NCBI GenBank assembly: GCA_000004985.1 | Contig: GG739618.1 | Reading direction: 5' to 3' (one strand) | Length of the DNA: 1,013 nucleotides | Source: Naegleria gruberi | Taxonomy: Eukaryota | Shown here: positions 1-1,013 of the stretch, piece after piece | How positions within the stretch are numbered: the stretch's first letter is position 1 | Layout of the letters: the number at the start of each line of letters is the position of its first letter | Program-made: the position numbers and the translations under genes | The notes under the pieces: model-generated | What the model was told of the DNA's origin: nothing | Databases searched by the model: none | Seen by the model: only the letters and a program-made list of their open reading frames with translations

Positions 1-7
1 GTGAAAA

Positions 8-17
8 CGTAGCTACG
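8..17. repeat. Perfect 10-bp palindrome CGTAGCTACG
   Basis: Self-complementary 10-mer. Position 7 with 18 does not extend it. Confidence 0.5.
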
Positions 18-43
18 CGATACATTCATTGATTATGCAATTA

Positions 44-77
44 CGGAACCGTCTGAATCGCAGCCGTTCGGGAGTTG
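44..77 (+). repeat. R1 family copy A: 34-bp unit CGGAACCGTCTGAATCGCAGCCGTTCGGGAGTTG
   Basis: Matches 342-375 at 33/34 positions (only 49 C vs 347 T). Flanks diverge immediately on both sides (43 vs 341, 78 vs 376), so this is a discrete unit and not part of a long segmental duplication. It is followed directly by GGTACC (78-83). Confidence 0.85.
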
Positions 78-91
78 GGTACCTCAAAAAA

Positions 92-119
92 TTGATATTA
101 TTATATATCATTGTATAGT
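92..119 (+). promoter_or_regulatory. Candidate sigma70-type promoter: -35 TTGATA (92-97), 16-bp spacer, -10 TATAGT (114-119)
   Basis: The two hexamers match consensus at 5/6 and 5/6 with ideal spacing. Such matches are frequent by chance in AT-rich DNA. No downstream gene is evident. Confidence 0.2.
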
Positions 120-136
120 CAAATAACTATTATATC
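112..136 (+). repeat. Direct repeat module TGTATAGTC...ACTATTATATC, copy 1
   Basis: The 9-mer TGTATAGTC (112-120) recurs exactly at 976-984. After a 5-nt divergent block, ACTAT and TATATC-like sequence recur at the same offset (864 bp) with a 2-nt indel. The module overlaps the -10-like hexamer TATAGT (114-119). Confidence 0.5.
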
Positions 137-150
137 AAAAATGGCTAGAA

Positions 151-169
151 CCCAGCCGTTCAAAAGTTG
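151..169 (+). repeat. Degenerate partial R1 copy C (CCCAGCCGTTCAAAAGTTG)
   Basis: Aligns to the R1 3' half CGCAGCCGTTCGGGAGTTG (59-77) at 15/19, with CAGCCGTTC and AGTTG conserved. Its end runs into a perfect TTGACA hexamer (167-172). Confidence 0.4.
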
Positions 170-185
170 ACAATGATTTTTATGA

Positions 186-210
186 ATATATATCTATCTA
201 TTATCTATAT
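186..210. repeat. Imperfect microsatellite (TATC)n: ATATATATCTATCTATTATCTATAT
   Basis: TATCTA occurs at 191-196, 195-200 and 202-207. The tract is a low-complexity tetranucleotide repeat. Confidence 0.6.
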
Positions 211-252
211 AACCTTTTGTAAAGATTTTATTTTATAGAAATTGATTTTTGA

Positions 253-279
253 GCATGTTTCAAAAACCCAAAAACATGC
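253..279. other. Hairpin: 8-bp stem GCATGTTT/AAACATGC with an 11-nt loop CAAAAACCCAA
   Basis: Perfect 8-bp inverted repeat (253-260 / 272-279). There is no U-run immediately 3' on either strand, with TTTTT upstream on + and ACTTCGGG downstream. It is therefore not a canonical intrinsic terminator. Confidence 0.45.
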
Positions 280-341
280 ACTTCGGGTCTCTGACTTCAT
301 GGTTGTCTATTTTCGGAACTGTTGAGAAGTAGTTCGTACAT

Positions 342-375
342 CGGAATCGTCTGAATCGCAGCCGTTCGGGAGTTG
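342..375 (+). repeat. R1 family copy B: CGGAATCGTCTGAATCGCAGCCGTTCGGGAGTTG
   Basis: 33/34 identical to 44-77 at an offset of 298 bp. It contains the internal tandem GAATCG-TCT-GAATCG. Its 5' half forms the left arm of the 348-405 stem-loop. Confidence 0.85.
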
Positions 376-405
376 TCATTTACTTCGTAACTTGCGATTC
401 AGGCG
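348..405 (+). other. Imperfect stem-loop: 14-bp stem (348-361 with 392-405) and a 30-nt loop
   Basis: The stem has 12 Watson-Crick pairs plus two G·U-type positions (350/403 and 361/392) when read as RNA. At the DNA level it is a perfect 10-bp inverted repeat plus 2 flanking pairs. The loop (362-391) contains a small internal 4-bp hairpin, TTAC (380-383) with GTAA (387-390). An A-rich run (406-420) follows on the + strand, so this is not a canonical + strand terminator. Confidence 0.6.
391..405 (-). repeat. Inverted partial R1 copy (reverse complement CGCCTGAATCGCAAG)
   Basis: The reverse complement of 391-405 matches the R1 core CGTCTGAATCGCAGC (348-362) at 13/15. The 10-mer CTGAATCGCA (351-360) is perfectly complementary to TGCGATTCAG (393-402). 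Confidence 0.75.
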
Positions 406-490
406 AAAATAAATATCAAAATATGACACAACAGGGGTATTCATTTTTCACGACTTTTTTAGGGTGACTTATGGACCTGTTGTGTCATAT
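406..490 (-). terminator. Possible terminator-like element for a minus-strand transcript (15-bp stem followed by UUUGAUAUUUAUUUU)
   Basis: On the minus strand the 421-490 hairpin is followed directly by the reverse complement of 406-420, TTTGATATTTATTTT (11 of 15 T). The 40-nt loop is much larger than in canonical intrinsic terminators, so confidence is low. Confidence 0.15.
421..490. repeat. Perfect 15-bp inverted repeat ATATGACACAACAGG (421-435) / CCTGTTGTGTCATAT (476-490) with a 40-bp spacer
   Basis: The arms are exact reverse complements, and they end sharply (420/491 and 436/475 do not pair). The spacer contains the SD-like AGGGTG (461-466) and the ATG (471-473) of ORF1. The right arm encodes ORF1 codons 2-7. 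A perfect 15-bp inverted repeat is very unlikely by chance in 1 kb. Confidence 0.9.
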
Positions 491-692
491 AAACAATTTC
501 GTATTTTTTTTAGGAGGCCTGGAAAAAATTTTGGAACCAAAAAAAAAGAAAAAAAGAAAAATAATTATCGGATTGACTATAAACTCGAGGGGCCCAGGAA
601 CTAGCAATATTTTATTTTCCCGAAATTCGCAAGTAAAATTTTCGATCGAAGGTTTTGCACTAATATTATTTATTTACAATAAACTGGATTAA
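471..692 (+). CDS. Doubtful small ORF (73 aa), probably spurious
   Basis: ATG preceded by a weak SD-like AGGGTG (461-466). The product has a hydrophobic N-terminus (LLCHINNFVFFLGGL) and then KKKKKRK encoded by the A tract. It is low complexity, has no recognisable domain, and overlaps an inverted repeat, palindromes and R2. Confidence 0.12.
   Translation: MDLLCHINNFVFFLGGLEKILEPKKKKKRKIIIGLTINSRGPGTSNILFSRNSQVKFSIEGFALILFIYNKLD
539..561. repeat. Homopurine A tract A9-G-A7-G-A5
   Basis: 21 A plus 2 G over 23 nt. It encodes the KKKKKRK run of ORF1. Such tracts are prone to slippage and are typical of non-coding AT-rich spacers. Confidence 0.7.
641..650. repeat. Perfect 10-bp palindrome TTCGATCGAA (CGATCG core)
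   Basis: Self-complementary 10-mer. It shares the CGATCG core with the HIP1 octamer at 936-943. Confidence 0.5.
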
Positions 693-720
693 GAGAATCC
701 TCTGAATCGAAAGTCGGGGT
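671..720 (+). repeat. R2 degenerate direct repeat, copy 1 (contains AACTGGATTAA and TCTGAATCGAAAGTCGGGG)
   Basis: Aligns to 891-940 at a fixed offset of 220 bp with no gaps: 31/39 over 682-720 vs 902-940, including the perfect 11-mer AACTGGATTAA (682-692 = 902-912), plus 7/11 over 671-681. It shares the TCTGAATCG core with R1. Confidence 0.55.
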
Positions 721-739
721 GAGAGAAAAATTTCGGGGG

Positions 740-749
740 AAAAAAAAAA
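740..749. repeat. A10 homopolymer preceded by G5 (735-739)
   Basis: GGGGGAAAAAAAAAA. It lies inside ORF2, where it encodes a KKK run. Confidence 0.6.
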
Positions 750-762
750 TTTCAAAAGTATG

Positions 763-772
763 GTTGTGTTAT
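763..772. repeat. Degenerate extra copy of the 15-bp inverted-repeat right arm (GTTGTGTTAT vs GTTGTGTCAT at 479-488)
   Basis: 9/10 match. The downstream ...CAATAT echoes ...CATAT. This is weak. Confidence 0.25.
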
Positions 773-780
773 CAATATAA

Positions 781-795
781 CCCGACACTGTCGGG
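781..795. other. 15-bp palindrome CCCGACA-C-TGTCGGG (7-bp arms, 1-nt centre)
   Basis: CCCGACA (781-787) is the exact reverse complement of TGTCGGG (789-795). It is GC-rich within AT-rich flanks. This is the geometry of a dimeric DNA-binding-protein site, or a 6-bp stem with a 3-nt loop if transcribed. Confidence 0.6.
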
Positions 796-820
796 AACTA
801 ATACAGCCCTACTTTTGCTT

Positions 821-856
821 CAATCGCAGTATTTAACTTTTCGGAGGTGGTCATTT
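821..856 (+). repeat. Diverged R1-like copy D
   Basis: AATCGCAG (823-830) followed by TTCGGAGGTGGTCATTT (840-856) parallels R1 copy B, which reads AATCGCAG (354-361) followed by TTCGGGAGTTGTCATTT (365-381). About 9 nt (TATTTAACT) replace CCG between the two halves. Confidence 0.35.
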
Positions 857-890
857 TTTAAATATCCAATTAAATTTGAGTATTCGGTAT

Positions 891-940
891 TAATTGTAAT
901 GAACTGGATTAACAGGATCGTTTAAATCGCAAGTCGCGAT
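891..940 (+). repeat. R2 degenerate direct repeat, copy 2 (AACTGGATTAACAGGATCGTTTAAATCGCAAGTCGCGAT)
   Basis: This is the partner of 671-720 (about 76-79% identity). Its 3' end runs into the HIP1 octamer GCGATCGC (936-943). Confidence 0.55.
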
Positions 941-943
941 CGC
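936..943. repeat. HIP1-type octamer GCGATCGC (single occurrence)
   Basis: Exact GCGATCGC. HIP1 is highly over-represented in many cyanobacterial genomes (established knowledge). One copy in 1 kb of 34% GC DNA is suggestive but not diagnostic. Confidence 0.35.
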
Positions 944-975
944 CGATTTTTGTTCCTTTCATCAAACAAAGAAAA

Positions 976-1002
976 TGTATAGTCGGTTTACTATATAATA
1001 TC
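976..1002 (+). repeat. Direct repeat module TGTATAGTC...ACTATATAATATC, copy 2
   Basis: This is the partner of 112-136. It contains TATAGT (978-983) and a perfect TATAAT (994-999). Confidence 0.5.
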
Positions 1003-1013
1003 CTTTATGAAGT

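Larger units (their letters stand above)
615..741. other. Long-range inverted repeat CCCGAAATT (619-627) / AATTTCGGG (729-737), extendable to 13 pairs with G·U (615-627 with 729-741)
   Basis: Perfect 9-bp reverse-complement match separated by 101 nt. The flanking T/G positions would pair as U·G in RNA. Confidence 0.3.

Noticed and set aside
1-32. 3' end of an upstream + strand gene running into the window
   Set aside because: All three + frames stop within the first 32 nt (TGA 2-4, TAG 10-12, TGA 30-32). At most 9 codons would be visible. It cannot be supported, and no edge ORF is listed in the track.
59-77. tRNA or tRNA-derived element (GTTCGGG resembles a T-loop GTTCRANYC)
   Set aside because: No acceptor, D or anticodon stems can be drawn around it, and there is no CCA or 7-bp acceptor pairing. 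The resemblance is limited to 5-6 nt.
167-195. Promoter from the perfect -35 TTGACA (167-172)
   Set aside because: No acceptable -10 lies at 16-18 bp spacing (TATATC, ATATCT and TATCTA all lack the conserved final T). The hexamer is probably a by-product of the degenerate R1 copy ending in AGTTGACA.
253-279. Rho-independent terminator at the GCATGTTT/AAACATGC hairpin
   Set aside because: No U-run follows the stem on either strand. The T5 run lies upstream on + and an A-run lies downstream on -. The stem is only 8 bp and A/T-rich.
44-375. CRISPR array (two near-identical 34-bp repeats)
   Set aside because: Only two good copies, and they are separated by 298 bp. The other copies are degenerate, irregularly spaced (151, 821), and one is inverted. 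CRISPR needs regularly spaced identical repeats with spacers of 20-50 bp.
348-490. Integron attC sites for the two hairpins
   Set aside because: The arm ends do not match the R'' RYYYAAC / R' GTTRRRY cores (ACACAAC and GTTGTGT fail at one position each). The hairpins are too perfect and lack the extrahelical-base architecture.
584-595. Cloning-vector polylinker remnant (CTCGAG abutting GGGCCC, plus GGTACC at 78-83 and AGGCCT at 514-519)
   Set aside because: The order XhoI-ApaI recalls the pBluescript polylinker, but the G-run length differs from my recollection of that polylinker. KpnI is 500 bp away, not adjacent, and no other vector sequence is present. It is more likely a natural GC cluster of the kind seen in AT-rich spacers. 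A VecScreen search would settle it.
684-777. Replication origin with DnaA boxes
   Set aside because: The best matches to TTATCCACA/TGTGGATAA are 6-7 of 9 (TTATCAATA at 769-777 and CTGGATTAA at 684-692 and 904-912), and they are not clustered. There is no array of tandem iterons.
719-925. ORF2 (68 aa, GTG start) as a gene
   Set aside because: GTG start without a Shine-Dalgarno. It runs across the G5A10 tract, the 781-795 palindrome, R1 copy D and R2 copy 2. The product is low complexity. It is almost certainly an open frame by chance in AT-rich DNA.
121-975. An 855-bp insertion bounded by a 9-bp target-site duplication TGTATAGTC
   Set aside because: The sequence just inside the two 9-mers shows no terminal inverted repeats, and similarity continues imperfectly beyond the 9-mer (ACTATTATATC). 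That pattern fits an old duplication better than a fresh target-site duplication. I kept it only as an alternative in the findings.

Overview
This 1013-bp window is AT-rich (hand count 341 G+C, about 34%) and has no convincing protein-coding gene on either strand. The only two ORFs of 60 aa or more (471-692 and 719-925, both +) are built over homopolymeric A tracts and repeat copies, and I regard both as spurious or at best very doubtful. All three + frames entering from the left edge hit stop codons by nt 32, and no edge-spanning ORF appears in the track. What the window does contain is a dense, strand-polarised mosaic of short direct and inverted repeats.

- **R1 family.** A 34-bp unit occurs twice at 33/34 identity (44-77 and 342-375). 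Degenerate copies lie at 151-169 and 821-856, and related TCTGAATCG(A/C)AAGTCG motifs lie at 701-719 and 921-939.
- **Hairpin 348-405.** An inverted partial copy (391-405) pairs with 348-361 to give a 14-bp stem with a 30-nt loop.
- **15-bp inverted repeat.** Fifteen nt downstream of that hairpin there is a perfect 15-bp inverted repeat (421-435/476-490, 40-bp spacer). It encloses the SD-like AGGGTG and the ATG of ORF1, and on the minus strand it is followed directly by a T-rich run.
- **R2 repeat.** A degenerate direct repeat of about 50 bp lies at 671-720 and 891-940.
- **End-to-end repeat.** The 9-mer TGTATAGTC plus related flank occurs near both ends of the window (112-136 and 976-1002), and each copy overlaps a -10-like hexamer.
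- **Palindromes and simple sequence.** Perfect palindromes sit at 8-17, 641-650 and 781-795, and one HIP1 octamer GCGATCGC sits at 936-943. A (TATC)n microsatellite and long A tracts are also present.

My best interpretation is a repeat-rich non-coding spacer. It would fit a low-GC bacterium (the HIP1 octamer weakly hints at a cyanobacterium) or an organellar intergenic spacer, and I cannot decide between them from 1 kb. The most interesting candidate functional element is the twin-hairpin module at 348-490. It could be a structured RNA, a terminator, an antisense control element or a miniature inverted-repeat element. All functional calls are inference; the repeat and inverted-repeat coordinates are read directly from the sequence.
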